From a virus, in IMG/VR virus record IMGVR_UViG_3300042991_000201, positions 9,764 through 73,763 of that record: DNA of 64,000 nucleotides, one strand, 5' to 3'. Made by a program: the position numbers and the translations under genes. Below are positions 8,034-17,971 of this stretch, piece by piece. The notes under the pieces were generated by a model that was given only the letters and a program-made list of their open reading frames with translations, had not been told where the DNA came from and ran no database searches. Numbering within the stretch: the first letter of the stretch is position 1; every line of letters starts with the position of its first letter.

Positions 8034-11000
8034 TTATACCGTGAGTAATCCACGGCTCCTTTGGGTATGTATGCGCTTTGCTATTGCGGATGCAAGATCG
8101 TTTTCAGCTGTGACGGAACCCGAAACTTGCACGGTTATATAAGTATCACCGGAAGAAGTGTTTGCACCCTTTCCAGACAGGGTTAATTCTCCACCACGGA
8201 TACCTTCAGCAAAAGTCTTGGGGATGATAGCTTCACCTTTATGTACCATACCCATCTGATCTGCTTTTATGTTTGGAGAACCTACATCCCACCAACCAAA
8301 AAGATCACCAAGACCACCACCAATAGCTCCGATAGCCCCACCAACTGCGGCACCAATGGCGGTACCAACTATGGGGATAAACGAACCTATACCTGCACCT
8401 ATAGCCGCACCAGCAAGTCCACCAGAGGCGGCATCTGATAACATACTTGTAGTATCTGGAGCTACAGTAGTATTCGATATTGGTTCCGGTACCGGAGAAG
8501 GTACGGGTGTTACATAAGGAACCTGTTGGTTTGTGGACACAAGGCCAAGTCCAGATAATAGTGTTATTTTTTCTGCATCAGTCAATTCAGTATTACCCAT
8601 TATTTTTTGTGCGTCAAGGAGAGCATCGAGTCTAAGAGCAATAGCACCTTGATCCCCAAGCGCAGCAAGCTGTTTATCCGCAATGTTTACCAAATCATCA
8701 TCAGCAGAACGACGAGTAGCATTCGCGGCATCGACCATAGCCCCATATTGAGTACCAGATATAGCACCGACTTCATATAAATCTTGAGCAGACTGTATCT
8801 GTGCGTCTGCAAGATCATCGAGGGTCTTTATGAGAAATGCAATGGTGGAATTGAGAGCGTCTGTCAATCCTGTTGCACGTAACTCTTCTACTTTTTTAGA
8901 CAATTCTTGATTATAAGCTTCTTCCGATGTGAGTAAGTGGTTCAATGTGGCAATTAGTCGTATATGAGTTCCTAGATATGTATTGAGAAATTTAAAGACT
9001 GCATTCATCGCGCCTATAAGTCCGTTTAATATATCAATTATAACATTACCAATAGGTACCAATACTTTATCACTTAGCCATATAAATACTGTACTAAATA
9101 TCTTAACAACTCCTGTGACCAACTTCATTACACCAGCAAATATTTGCATAACGATGCCTAGTAATGTAAATACCGGGAGCAATATCTGTGCTATAGTATC
9201 TCCCATTTCCATAAGAGCAGAAACGAATCCCGAGAATACTGTATTCAAAACAGGCTCTAATAAAGCTCTCATGCCTTCAAAGATAGTCCCTATAAAGTTT
9301 AGAGATTTGGATACATTCTCTATAGATGATAGGAATTGAGCGGCGCTCGCGGCGATCATAGTTAAAGGATTAGCCTTCATAGCTAGTTTACCCACATCCG
9401 TACCGGACATTTCGATCCCCATAGTAGCCCCAGCACCTGACAACCCACCCTTACCCGCGGTAGCCTTTAACCCTGCTAACTTAGCGGCACTGCCATTTTT
9501 CATGTCCTCATATCGCATCTTAGCTACATCCTTATAGTATTTTTTATCTATAGCCGTAAGAGCATTAGCTAACTGTTCTGCTGATATAATTTTAGCTTTA
9601 TTTTTATCAAATGCATCAACAATATCTTTGTCACGTTGTAGGGCTATATCATCATACGCGGATTCTGTAGCCTTTACCATTAGATCAAGGTCAAACCACT
9701 GATCCAGTTTTACATGGTCTTCAGCGGCACCTTTATCTAGGAAACTAGAAGCCTCATTCATCAATTTAACAAGCTCTGCCTTCAATGCGGCTTTATCTGC
9801 TTTATTTGGAAATAATAACTGTATAGCAGAGAATGCGGTCTGTAGCTTATCAAACCTTTCCTGATAAACCCTAGCATAAGCATTCTCCACAATATCCGCT
9901 GTAGCACCAGCGGCTTTAAGTGCTTGAGGTAGTGTTGTTTGAGGTAGAGTCCCTTCCATAGCAGATACATACTGTTTAGCACTTGGTTCTACCGAACCCC
10001 CAACAGTAGCAGGGTCCACACCAAGTGCTGTCAATGTCTTGGAAAATTCACGCTTGTCTATGAACTCTATGTACTTCTCAAGCATACCAGCTTGAACAGC
10101 GGCCATTCTCTTAGCTTCAGCCGTAGCGCGTTCTTGGTATGACAACGCTCTCTGTGACAATCGCAATGCATCGGCTTTTGCTTTAATGTCATACCCAGCT
10201 TGTAAGGCTATCTCTGCTGTTATAAATTTGTTCTCATACAATATCTTAGCTACTACATCAGAAGTAGTTTTATATATGCTAGCATACGCTGTTATGTCTC
10301 TTAGTTGTTCTTTTGAGGACATGCCAGACATTGAAGTCCCTAGTCCTTCAAATCGAGCTGATTCTTTTTCAAGAATAGTCTTAGAAAGTCCTTCCTGACT
10401 TCCCCTAGCTTTAGCTAATTCTGCCGCCTGACCTTGTATTGCTTTAGTTACTAAATATACACTTCCAGCGATACCAGCAAACGTAACACCGAGTGTTAAA
10501 ATAATCCCACCAGCAGAAGTGGCAAAAAAAGCACCCAACTGCCCAAAGGCAGTAGTAAGCGAAGATACTCCCGTAGCCATTGTTATAAATTTTCCAGTAG
10601 CTAGTGCTGCACCAAAGGCCATAACTCCATCTGCCGCCATAAACAGTGCTTTAGGGATTCCCATGAGAGCTTTTGCACCCATTATAGCTATAAATATGGG
10701 AATCAACTTAGTGAGTATGGGGGTAATCTTTATAAGACCTATACCTAATTGCAAAGCACCTTCAGCCACTTTACCCATAGTAGCACCCATATCTGCAATA
10801 TACTCTTGGATATCAGCTTGCCCAAGAATAGTAGTTAAACTTTCAATGCCTTTTTTCAGTCCATCAAACAGGGACGCTGTAAAAACACCACTACTCTTTT
10901 CAGCTATGTCTTTCAACATAGACAATTTACCACTGAAAGTTTTCATATACTCATCCAGTAATCCACCAAAACGTCCACCTTCACTGGTCATATTCTTAAA

Positions 11001-11639
11001 TGCCTGTTCTACTTCCTTGAATCCAACTTTACCTTCTTCTGTCAATTTCTTGAGTGCTTTCTGATCTACACCCATTACCTTTGCTAACTCTTCATATATC
11101 GGAATACCACGCATACCAAACTGCATCAAGTCACGAGTGTATGCCCTGCCCTGTGATTTTAGTGTTCCATATACATAAGATATATCGTCAAGCGAATGGC
11201 CTGTAGCTTTTGCCACAGTACCAAGTGTTTTCATTGTTGGAACTAATTCTTCAGCCGCAAAACCATAAGCCATAAGTTGTTTAGAAGCACTTACAGTTTC
11301 TTTGAAGGTTAGTGGAGAGTTTACTGCAAATTTATATAATTCATCTAACTTAGCTTTTGCCAAGTCAGCAGATTTCATCATCACGGTAAACGCCATAGTC
11401 TGCTCTTCTACGAATCTATTGAAGTTTACGCCGCTGGTGATTGCTTTGCTTGCCATTTGAATTCCCTTGGCAAGACCGAGATAGGAAACCGCCATTCTAG
11501 CTAGATTCCTCTCTGTAGAGGAACCTGCCTTAGACATCTCCTTCTCGGTCGTCATGCCAAAAGAACGCATCAACCTTTCAGCTTGTGCAGTACCTTGAAC
11601 TTCAACCTTTAGAACCGCCTTTTCTTGTGTCATGCCCAT
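8034..11639 (-). CDS. tape measure protein
   Basis: 1201 aa, Ala/Gly-rich; N-terminal tape-measure domain (FAVNSPLTF...RGIPIYEELAK); follows the tail chaperone. Confidence 0.9.
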   Translation of the reverse strand: MGMTQEKAVLKVEVQGTAQAERLMRSFGMTTEKEMSKAGSSTERNLARMAVSYLGLAKGIQMASKAITSGVNFNRFVEEQTMAFTVMMKSADLAKAKLDELYKFAVNSPLTFKETVSASKQLMAYGFAAEELVPTMKTLGTVAKATGHSLDDISYVYGTLKSQGRAYTRDLMQFGMRGIPIYEELAKVMGVDQKALKKLTEEGKVGFKEVEQAFKNMTSEGGRFGGLLDEYMKTFSGKLSMLKDIAEKSSGVFTASLFDGLKKGIESLTTILGQADIQEYIADMGATMGKVAEGALQLGIGLIKITPILTKLIPIFIAIMGAKALMGIPKALFMAADGVMAFGAALATGKFITMATGVSSLTTAFGQLGAFFATSAGGIILTLGVTFAGIAGSVYLVTKAIQGQAAELAKARGSQEGLSKTILEKESARFEGLGTSMSGMSSKEQLRDITAYASIYKTTSDVVAKILYENKFITAEIALQAGYDIKAKADALRLSQRALSYQERATAEAKRMAAVQAGMLEKYIEFIDKREFSKTLTALGVDPATVGGSVEPSAKQYVSAMEGTLPQTTLPQALKAAGATADIVENAYARVYQERFDKLQTAFSAIQLLFPNKADKAALKAELVKLMNEASSFLDKGAAEDHVKLDQWFDLDLMVKATESAYDDIALQRDKDIVDAFDKNKAKIISAEQLANALTAIDKKYYKDVAKMRYEDMKNGSAAKLAGLKATAGKGGLSGAGATMGIEMSGTDVGKLAMKANPLTMIAASAAQFLSSIENVSKSLNFIGTIFEGMRALLEPVLNTVFSGFVSALMEMGDTIAQILLPVFTLLGIVMQIFAGVMKLVTGVVKIFSTVFIWLSDKVLVPIGNVIIDILNGLIGAMNAVFKFLNTYLGTHIRLIATLNHLLTSEEAYNQELSKKVEELRATGLTDALNSTIAFLIKTLDDLADAQIQSAQDLYEVGAISGTQYGAMVDAANATRRSADDDLVNIADKQLAALGDQGAIALRLDALLDAQKIMGNTELTDAEKITLLSGLGLVSTNQQVPYVTPVPSPVPEPISNTTVAPDTTSMLSDAASGGLAGAAIGAGIGSFIPIVGTAIGAAVGGAIGAIGGGLGDLFGWWDVGSPNIKADQMGMVHKGEAIIPKTFAEGIRGGELTLSGKGANTSSGDTYITVQVSGSVTAENDLASAIAKRIHTQRSRGLLTV

Positions 11640-11952
11640 GTTTTTCCAAAGCCTCCTGTTCTATCGCTTTAGCTTCCAGTTCAAGGGCAGTAATGGCATC
11701 AAGCACATCACACGGTTCATTCGCCCAGCCTTGTCCATTCGGCAATCCCCACAGCTTAGTATAATTGTAGTATTCAAGTGCTACAATAAACTCTGGATTT
11801 TCTAAATATGTTTTTACATCTTTTCGTAATACAATCGTCGTCTCATCGTTAAACTTTCTTGCATATACAGGAACATCACCTTTGTCCTTCCTGTACTTTT
11901 CATTAGAGCGCCTACCATCATAAAGAAGATGATAGGCAATTCTTAGTTTTTT
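11602..11952 (-). CDS. -1 frameshift extension of the tail assembly chaperone (lambda gpGT-like)
   Basis: Slippery heptamer A AAA AAC at 11952-11946, just before TAA; the -1 frame is open for ~115 codons (LRIAYHLL...WGLPNGQGWANEP...) with no ATG of its own. Confidence 0.8.
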   Translation of the reverse strand, partial: KKLRIAYHLLYDGRRSNEKYRKDKGDVPVYARKFNDETTIVLRKDVKTYLENPEFIVALEYYNYTKLWGLPNGQGWANEPCDVLDAITALELEAKAIEQEALEKHGHDTRKGGSKG

Positions 11953-12335
11953 TCGTTCACCTTACCGTTCAAGACTTCATTCAGGAACGTAAAGATTTCT
12001 TCTACAAGAGCATCGAATTCCACAGAAGCACTGAAAAGTTGTTCAACCGTAACAATCTTTTTCTCTTCAACCTTGCCATCTGCCTCTTCAATAGCGTATG
12101 AAAGATTCTCAATGCCTGTGACAAGCTCTTTGAGTAGTTTCACACGATCAATGGCAATGCTAATTTGCGGCTTACCATCGATGTAATCAATCTGCCTCGG
12201 GAAGAGCTTTTCCTTCATGGAGATAGTTGGGGCCTTGTATTTAACCCTTATCTGCTCTCCAGAAGGAAGGTCTTTGTTGTCATCAAACTCAGGTACAAAA
12301 ATACGATTGCTAGAAACGGAAAGAATCTTCATCAT
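11943..12335 (-). CDS. tail assembly chaperone (gpG-like)
   Basis: Between tail tube and tape measure; ends in a slippery site. Confidence 0.8.
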   Translation of the reverse strand: MMKILSVSSNRIFVPEFDDNKDLPSGEQIRVKYKAPTISMKEKLFPRQIDYIDGKPQISIAIDRVKLLKELVTGIENLSYAIEEADGKVEEKKIVTVEQLFSASVEFDALVEEIFTFLNEVLNGKVNEKN

Positions 12336-12378
12336 AGTGGTATCTCCTATCTATGTATTGTTGTGACTATAGCCGATA

Positions 12379-13032
12379 TTAGTTAGCTATAACGTAAACG
12401 ATTGGGTCAGCGCCAATAAAACGCAGACCCGATTCCCATGCCTGAGCAGAACCCATATCGGCACCGAGAGAGTAGCCAAAGAGTTCAACTTCACCGAAGA
12501 GGAATACTGCGTCTTCACCTGTGGTGACATCATCATCCTGAAGCATGGCTTTGATATAGTAGGAATCACCGGCTACAGTGTTCATAATGGCATCGGCAGT
12601 ACTGAGTTTGTCACCAGTAACTACACGAAGGAATCTATTCAGGAGAGAGCCCGCCTTCTTCATCTCGGATACCATGTTGATACCACGAACAGTCCCAGAA
12701 AGGTCTGTCTTGCCCTTACGATACTTCTTTACACCATCTACAAGAACGGTTACTTCTATCTCATCCGCACTGAACTGCATGTCGAAAGAAGAACAATCTG
12801 CGACAGTGGTGAAAGTAGCAAGAGCGCCAGAATTGGTAGCGGAGAAGGTAACAGTTCCGTCACCCTGCCAGAGATCACCAACAATATATCCAGCGGGGAA
12901 TACAGTGTCTCCAGTTTTAATTGCGATCTTGTACCAAGCTCCAGCGACTGCGGTACCTGTAGTGAGAGGAGCGGCAAAAGACGCCTTTGCCAACGATGCG
13001 TCTGATCCAACCAATTTATCAAGTCGTGCCAT
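12379..13032 (-). CDS. major tail (tube) protein
   Basis: Position; SFDMQFSADEIEVT...KKYRKGKTDLSGT tube-like motif. Confidence 0.75.
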   Translation of the reverse strand: MARLDKLVGSDASLAKASFAAPLTTGTAVAGAWYKIAIKTGDTVFPAGYIVGDLWQGDGTVTFSATNSGALATFTTVADCSSFDMQFSADEIEVTVLVDGVKKYRKGKTDLSGTVRGINMVSEMKKAGSLLNRFLRVVTGDKLSTADAIMNTVAGDSYYIKAMLQDDDVTTGEDAVFLFGEVELFGYSLGADMGSAQAWESGLRFIGADPIVYVIAN

Positions 13033-13122
13033 TTCATAGCCTCCTATATAAGATGTAATCTATATATGCTTATACATATATGCCTTTACTTATATAGGAG
13101 AATTACTATTTTGTCAAGAGGG

Positions 13123-13983
13123 TTAAGTTATATTGTTATATTTTTTTGCATTATCTTCCCACCATAAGGGCTGTAAATTAGTATAATGAAAACATTTAAG
13201 AATTTGCTCGGGGTCAGATAAATCAAAAGAGGATACAGGCACTATATGATCGATCTGCCACGCTGATATGCCTCGTCTAGCATTTCCATAATTTTCCCAA
13301 GTCATGCCTTCCTTCCACAAAGCTTTTATGTATTCTCTAAAAAATTCTGCTGAACACCCAACCAACTTATCGTTTTTTGAATGGGGCTTAGTACCAAATA
13401 AAATACCACGTACCTTAATTCGTAGTTTATTAGGAAGTAGAGCTAAAGCGTTGCCTATATGAGAAGCATGTTTCTTTCGACTATACTCCAAATACTGTTC
13501 GATGTGTTCCCTGTAATACTCTTTTCCCTTATGCCTATAGTAGTCGTGGTTCGCATAATAGTGCCGCTTTTTCCCTTCAAGTAGCATATCTCTATTTTCT
13601 TCTCTATACGCCTTATTCTTTTCCTTGTATTCATCTCCTCCATCTTTAACCCACTTACTTTTGTATGCTCTAGCACAAGTCTTACACCTAAAAGTATGAC
13701 CCAACTCCTTCCGCTTATCTATCTCGAATTCATCCAAAGGTTTCTCTTCTCCACATAAAGTGCATACTCTATATCCTTCTTTTGAAGCTATGGGGGAATC
13801 TAAAGTATGTCGTTTCACAGTTTCGGTCTTATTCATCTTTTTTAGATAAGCCAGATGTGCTTTTTCCCTAACACAATCAGAACAAGTCCCTTGTCTACCA
13901 TCAGATACTGTGCTACAGACATAGAACTCTGTAAGTGGTTTGACTGCACCACACCGATTGCACCGTTTCATTCCTTCTTCCAT
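13123..13983 (-). CDS. free-standing HNH endonuclease with two Cys4 zinc-finger repeats
   Basis: Four CxxC pairs; WQIDHIVP...HYTNLQPLW..DN..K HNH motif. Confidence 0.85.
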   Translation of the reverse strand: MEEGMKRCNRCGAVKPLTEFYVCSTVSDGRQGTCSDCVREKAHLAYLKKMNKTETVKRHTLDSPIASKEGYRVCTLCGEEKPLDEFEIDKRKELGHTFRCKTCARAYKSKWVKDGGDEYKEKNKAYREENRDMLLEGKKRHYYANHDYYRHKGKEYYREHIEQYLEYSRKKHASHIGNALALLPNKLRIKVRGILFGTKPHSKNDKLVGCSAEFFREYIKALWKEGMTWENYGNARRGISAWQIDHIVPVSSFDLSDPEQILKCFHYTNLQPLWWEDNAKKYNNIT

Positions 13984-13997
13984 GAACCCTCCAAATA

Positions 13998-14044
13998 CAA
14001 AAAAGAGATGCTAAGAATATAGCATCTCTTCTAAAATATGTCAA
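13998..14044 (-). promoter_or_regulatory. overlapping terminator hairpin and sigma70 promoter upstream of the HNH gene
   Basis: AAGAGATGCTA...TAGCATCTCTT-TTTT hairpin; TTGACA-17nt-TATATT with the -10 box inside the hairpin. Confidence 0.55.
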
Positions 14045-14054
14045 GTGACTCTTG

Positions 14055-14468
14055 TTACGGTTTCTGTAAAGTCTCTATCCAACGTATGCGGCATTCAAAC
14101 TGGTATCGATATGTACTTATGACACCAGCATAGCTTCGTATAGACGAACAAGTAATATACAGATCATTTGCATCACCAAGTAATCCCCTGTAATGCTCTA
14201 ATTCATGTAGAGCTATTTCTGCTATCTCTCGACCTAAAACCCATTGAGCGGGGCCAGCATCTACAGAGATACGGACGTTGGCAACTTCTTCAATAAGGCC
14301 ACTAGTTATCTGTGTTCTAGTACCCCCTGAATTTTCTATAACTAGCCAAGGCAGTTTGAAGTTCTCAGCAATAGGGGCTTGGACAATAACTATCTTGTTA
14401 TCACCACCAAGAGGAGTTGTGAGAGCGGCTTGTCCTTGTAGGTATGTAAGTAAGTCTTTCTCTATCAT
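14055..14468 (-). CDS. tail terminator/completion protein
   Basis: Position and size; AP...PWLV pattern. Confidence 0.65.
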   Translation of the reverse strand: MIEKDLLTYLQGQAALTTPLGGDNKIVIVQAPIAENFKLPWLVIENSGGTRTQITSGLIEEVANVRISVDAGPAQWVLGREIAEIALHELEHYRGLLGDANDLYITCSSIRSYAGVISTYRYQFECRIRWIETLQKP

Positions 14469-15049
14469 TATTGTCTCCCCTTTACTTTCTTGAAGGCTCT
14501 GATGGATTGTCTAATTGCTGTTTCCCACGCCTTCGTCATTACAGGGCCAACTTCTTGTATCATAGGTGATACGAAGGGGTGTGCATCGTATGTTCTTGTA
14601 CGGATACTATTGATTATCCACCAGAAATGTTGTTGTTCTGCGGGACTGCCATCAGCATCTATATTTAGTTCTCGCTGTACCCATTCTTTCATATTTTTTA
14701 TGAATTCGTCTGTACCCTTATCGGTCTTATGTGGGCCTTGTGGGTATTCTCGGGCAACAGCAGAAGGAGCCTCAGAACCTATCCATACTTCATCTGAAGA
14801 TGCAGGGGCAGATATACGGTCACTGGATATAGCCGGAGCGGATATATTACTACCTGTTTTCTTGGTTCTCCATGTAATAGAGTTTGTAGTTCTACCAGAA
14901 GAATCGTATGGAGTGGTCAATTCTCGCATCTTGTCTCGGATTATAGCGCCAGTAGTATTGAGACAACCCTGCTTGGCAATATCAAAGGTTGTTGCCCAAT
15001 CCCGGTTTGTTATTTCTCCCGATAAGGTGTAGGCGGATTTCCTAGCCAT
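14468..15049 (-). CDS. neck/tail component (HK97 gp10-like)
   Basis: P.DSSG....SI, A...EY and AHPF..P motifs; position. Confidence 0.6.
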   Translation of the reverse strand: MARKSAYTLSGEITNRDWATTFDIAKQGCLNTTGAIIRDKMRELTTPYDSSGRTTNSITWRTKKTGSNISAPAISSDRISAPASSDEVWIGSEAPSAVAREYPQGPHKTDKGTDEFIKNMKEWVQRELNIDADGSPAEQQHFWWIINSIRTRTYDAHPFVSPMIQEVGPVMTKAWETAIRQSIRAFKKVKGRQ

Positions 15050-15050
15050 A

Positions 15051-15386
15051 TCATCCTATATCCCATTGAGCGCGTTCAAGCATGAACATGGCGTATGGAT
15101 TGATGTTGCGCCATATTTCGGGGGAACCTATGACTTTACGTTTTATCCCGTATGAATCAATAAAACCATCTCCGGGAAGTACAACAGAAGCGGCACTTAC
15201 TGGAGAGAAACATACTTCAGTCACGTTCTGGAATATCTGCTGGTTACGTAAATTCTCATCCGCCGCTACAGGCTCTATACGTCCAGATATAGTAGCAATA
15301 AGCACCCAAGCACTATCACTCCAACCCGTAGTCGGAGTAAGACGGTATACTTTAATTTCTGCATCTTGGTATTCTGGAAATATCAT
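15051..15386 (-). CDS. head closure / head-tail adaptor
   Basis: Position; 111 aa, beta-rich. Confidence 0.6.
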   Translation of the reverse strand: MIFPEYQDAEIKVYRLTPTTGWSDSAWVLIATISGRIEPVAADENLRNQQIFQNVTEVCFSPVSAASVVLPGDGFIDSYGIKRKVIGSPEIWRNINPYAMFMLERAQWDIG

Positions 15387-15761
15387 TTATGCCCCCGCTA
15401 GGAAAGTGTTATACACATCCTCAGAGGTTGTGGTTATTCCAACTCTAGTATTCTGTATGAGCTTTTTTAACTGCCGTCCATAATTAGTCAGTTCCCATTC
15501 ATCACGGATAACACCAGTACCACCATAAGACACTGCAAGACGACCCTCCATCTTGTAAGTAACGGCCCCCGTTTCACTTCCACTTCTAACAGTGAGCAAT
15601 GCCCACGTATGTGCAACTCTAAGCGCTACAGCCAAACTATACTTATCGCCGAAGAAGCTGGCGCTTGTCTCTGCCTGTGCCATTGTTATACGAGTATCCA
15701 CGTTAGCTAACAATAACACATCTGGGGCTATTACGCCAAGAACTTCTTCGACTGATAACAT
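15387..15761 (-). CDS. head-tail connector (DUF4054-like)
   Basis: AL..AH...G.LAVSYG...TNYG.Q pattern. Confidence 0.7.
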   Translation of the reverse strand: MLSVEEVLGVIAPDVLLLANVDTRITMAQAETSASFFGDKYSLAVALRVAHTWALLTVRSGSETGAVTYKMEGRLAVSYGGTGVIRDEWELTNYGRQLKKLIQNTRVGITTTSEDVYNTFLAGA

Positions 15762-15765
15762 GGTA

Positions 15766-16206
15766 TTACCCCTTTATGCTTCCATCGTTGATACCTTTGA
15801 CCTGCTTTTCAATCTCAAGACGCACATCCTGTCGGCCTTCTGGATCACTACCATTAAGCCAAGCGTCAAGGCATTTCAGATCATAAGTATTACGAACAAT
15901 TTCAAATACACGATTACCCTTACGGTCACAGTCCTTGAGCCTTGCAGGGACACGCACCTTAGCAGTCTCACGGGCATCATCAGACTCAATAGCAAAAGCA
16001 TATTGACTTGCTTCTGCTTTATCTACTTTCTTGAATTCTTCTACAAGTATGCCAGCGGCAATCTTGTCTGATACATAATCACGAGCGCCCTTCCAATTCT
16101 CATCTGCCACTTCGGTATATCCGGGAGGAAGATCAATGAAGAGTGACACTTCAAAACCCTTAACAGGAATTCCGATTGAACCACGATTCTTGTTCTGTAC
16201 TATCAT
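15766..16206 (-). CDS. hypothetical head-associated protein
   Basis: Directly follows the major capsid gene; has an RBS. Confidence 0.5.
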   Translation of the reverse strand: MIVQNKNRGSIGIPVKGFEVSLFIDLPPGYTEVADENWKGARDYVSDKIAAGILVEEFKKVDKAEASQYAFAIESDDARETAKVRVPARLKDCDRKGNRVFEIVRNTYDLKCLDAWLNGSDPEGRQDVRLEIEKQVKGINDGSIKG

Positions 16207-16225
16207 AGGTATCTCCTTGTTGATA

Positions 16226-16258
16226 GAAAAATCCCTCCCCCGATTAAGAGGGAGGAGG
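16226..16258 (-). terminator. intrinsic terminator after the major capsid gene
   Basis: CCTCCCTC-TTAATC-GGGGGAGG followed by GATTTTT. Confidence 0.7.
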
Positions 16259-16271
16259 TTACTAGATCAGC

Positions 16272-17201
16272 TTACGAAAAAACTCCAAATGCTACACTCT
16301 TAGGATAGAAAACCGTTACACCCGCAGTCTTTGCACGGCAGGGAACCACATAGCGAAGGCCATCACGGTCAATATCTTCCTGAGTAAAGGGAAGGGGCAT
16401 ATCGAACACGAGGTGGTCACTATCATTCTTCCAAGCCACCATCATAAGACCACCAGTGGAGCTGGCAGTTGCGAGCTGTGCGAACCACTCCACACGCTTC
16501 ACATACTGTGATACACGAAGGAAGTAGGAAAGGACAGTCTCTTCAGAGTCAGCATCAAGGCGCTTGGTGGCGATGAGGTTGAAATACTCAAGGGGCAGAG
16601 CCAGAACATCGGGAACCTCAATACCATTAGTGGCATTGACGATGTAATTCTGAATACCAAACAGATCAGTCAGAATCTGGTCAGAAGTCTTGTTTGTCCA
16701 GAGCTTGCTGGTGCCCGTGCCGGTAGCAGGAACGGCGTACTCGGAAATGCCGGGATAATTGAATAGACCATACAGGCCCGTAGCAGTTTCACCACTACGA
16801 GCTATTTCATCGAGCTTCATATCCATAGCCTTACGAGCAGCATTAGCCCTCATTGACTCAAGGGGCTTGCCCACGCGCATAGCGGCCATAATCTCGTCCT
16901 TGTTGTAGCCGTAACTGTTATGCACGGGCTTAACCTTGACCGAGATTTCAGTACCATATACATCGACAGGAGGAAAATCAGTTGCATACATAGTGCCGCC
17001 CATCTTGGCAATACCAACACGGGTATACACACGATGGGTAATGGTATCTACGGTAGGATCACCTTCCATAGAAATTGGAAGAATGTTCAGGAGTTTAGGT
17101 TCCTGAAACTTCACATCATAAGTCTTTGCACGGATGGTTTCAAGCTCTCGGTCAAAAAAAACCGACTCGCCAGAATCCAGCTTTAGGTAATTATCACTCA
17201 C
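16272..17201 (-). CDS. major capsid protein (DUF2184/encapsulin-like HK97 fold)
   Basis: F..RELE.I...YD, GLYGLFNYP and PCRAKTAGV...YP motifs; terminator downstream. Confidence 0.85.
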   Translation of the reverse strand: MSDNYLKLDSGESVFFDRELETIRAKTYDVKFQEPKLLNILPISMEGDPTVDTITHRVYTRVGIAKMGGTMYATDFPPVDVYGTEISVKVKPVHNSYGYNKDEIMAAMRVGKPLESMRANAARKAMDMKLDEIARSGETATGLYGLFNYPGISEYAVPATGTGTSKLWTNKTSDQILTDLFGIQNYIVNATNGIEVPDVLALPLEYFNLIATKRLDADSEETVLSYFLRVSQYVKRVEWFAQLATASSTGGLMMVAWKNDSDHLVFDMPLPFTQEDIDRDGLRYVVPCRAKTAGVTVFYPKSVAFGVFS

Positions 17202-17216
17202 GGTATTTCTCCTTTG

Positions 17217-17957
17217 TTACTTCAGGCCACGGACTTCAAGTACCGCAAGGCCACCAGAAATGGTGCTACGGAAATATCCACCGATATCATAGTTAGCGGT
17301 AGAAACATCAGAGAACTTACCAAGAGTACCAGTGCCGATAGACACATAAGCGGCATCCTTGTCAGCAACGGTGGATTCAGCAAGAACCCAAATCTTACCA
17401 TCACGGAGAATAGAAACAGAGTCCTTGTTCTTCCAGCTAGATGTACCAGCTCCAAAGTTATTGCCACCAGTCTGAATGAAACAAGCGGCACCAAGGAATT
17501 TACCATTGGTACCATAGGTGATGGTTGCAGTAGCCTGACTAGCACCGAGAGTAACAACCTGAGTCATGGTAAGGTCTAGCCCAGCAGGGCCGGAGATCAC
17601 GATGCCCCGGTTAGTACCACCAACAACAGCAGAAATGCCGAGAGTTATAAGTTCAGCCTTGGCATTGATAGCTGCGATATGTGCGGCCATCGTGGTGGCA
17701 TGGTCGGTAGCAAAAGTATTAGCAACCGAAATACCATTGATAACCGAAGTGATTACGTTGGAAGCTACAAGGTCAGCACTGAGAAGGGTAGTGATCTTGT
17801 CCTTGTGAGGGCCGTAACACTTATTCTCAGAACCGACGAAACCGAACACTGGAGCGCCAAAGGCAATGTCCTCCTGTGCAATAGCAGATTCTACATCATG
17901 GTTATAGCCATAAAGCAGACCCGCAAGAGCGATATCCATAGTACCGTATTCAGCCAT
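17217..17957 (-). CDS. head decoration/cement protein
   Basis: Between protease and capsid; IAFGAPV...VSILRDGKIWV pattern. Confidence 0.7.
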   Translation of the reverse strand: MAEYGTMDIALAGLLYGYNHDVESAIAQEDIAFGAPVFGFVGSENKCYGPHKDKITTLLSADLVASNVITSVINGISVANTFATDHATTMAAHIAAINAKAELITLGISAVVGGTNRGIVISGPAGLDLTMTQVVTLGASQATATITYGTNGKFLGAACFIQTGGNNFGAGTSSWKNKDSVSILRDGKIWVLAESTVADKDAAYVSIGTGTLGKFSDVSTANYDIGGYFRSTISGGLAVLEVRGLK

Positions 17958-17971
17958 TATAATCCTCCCTT

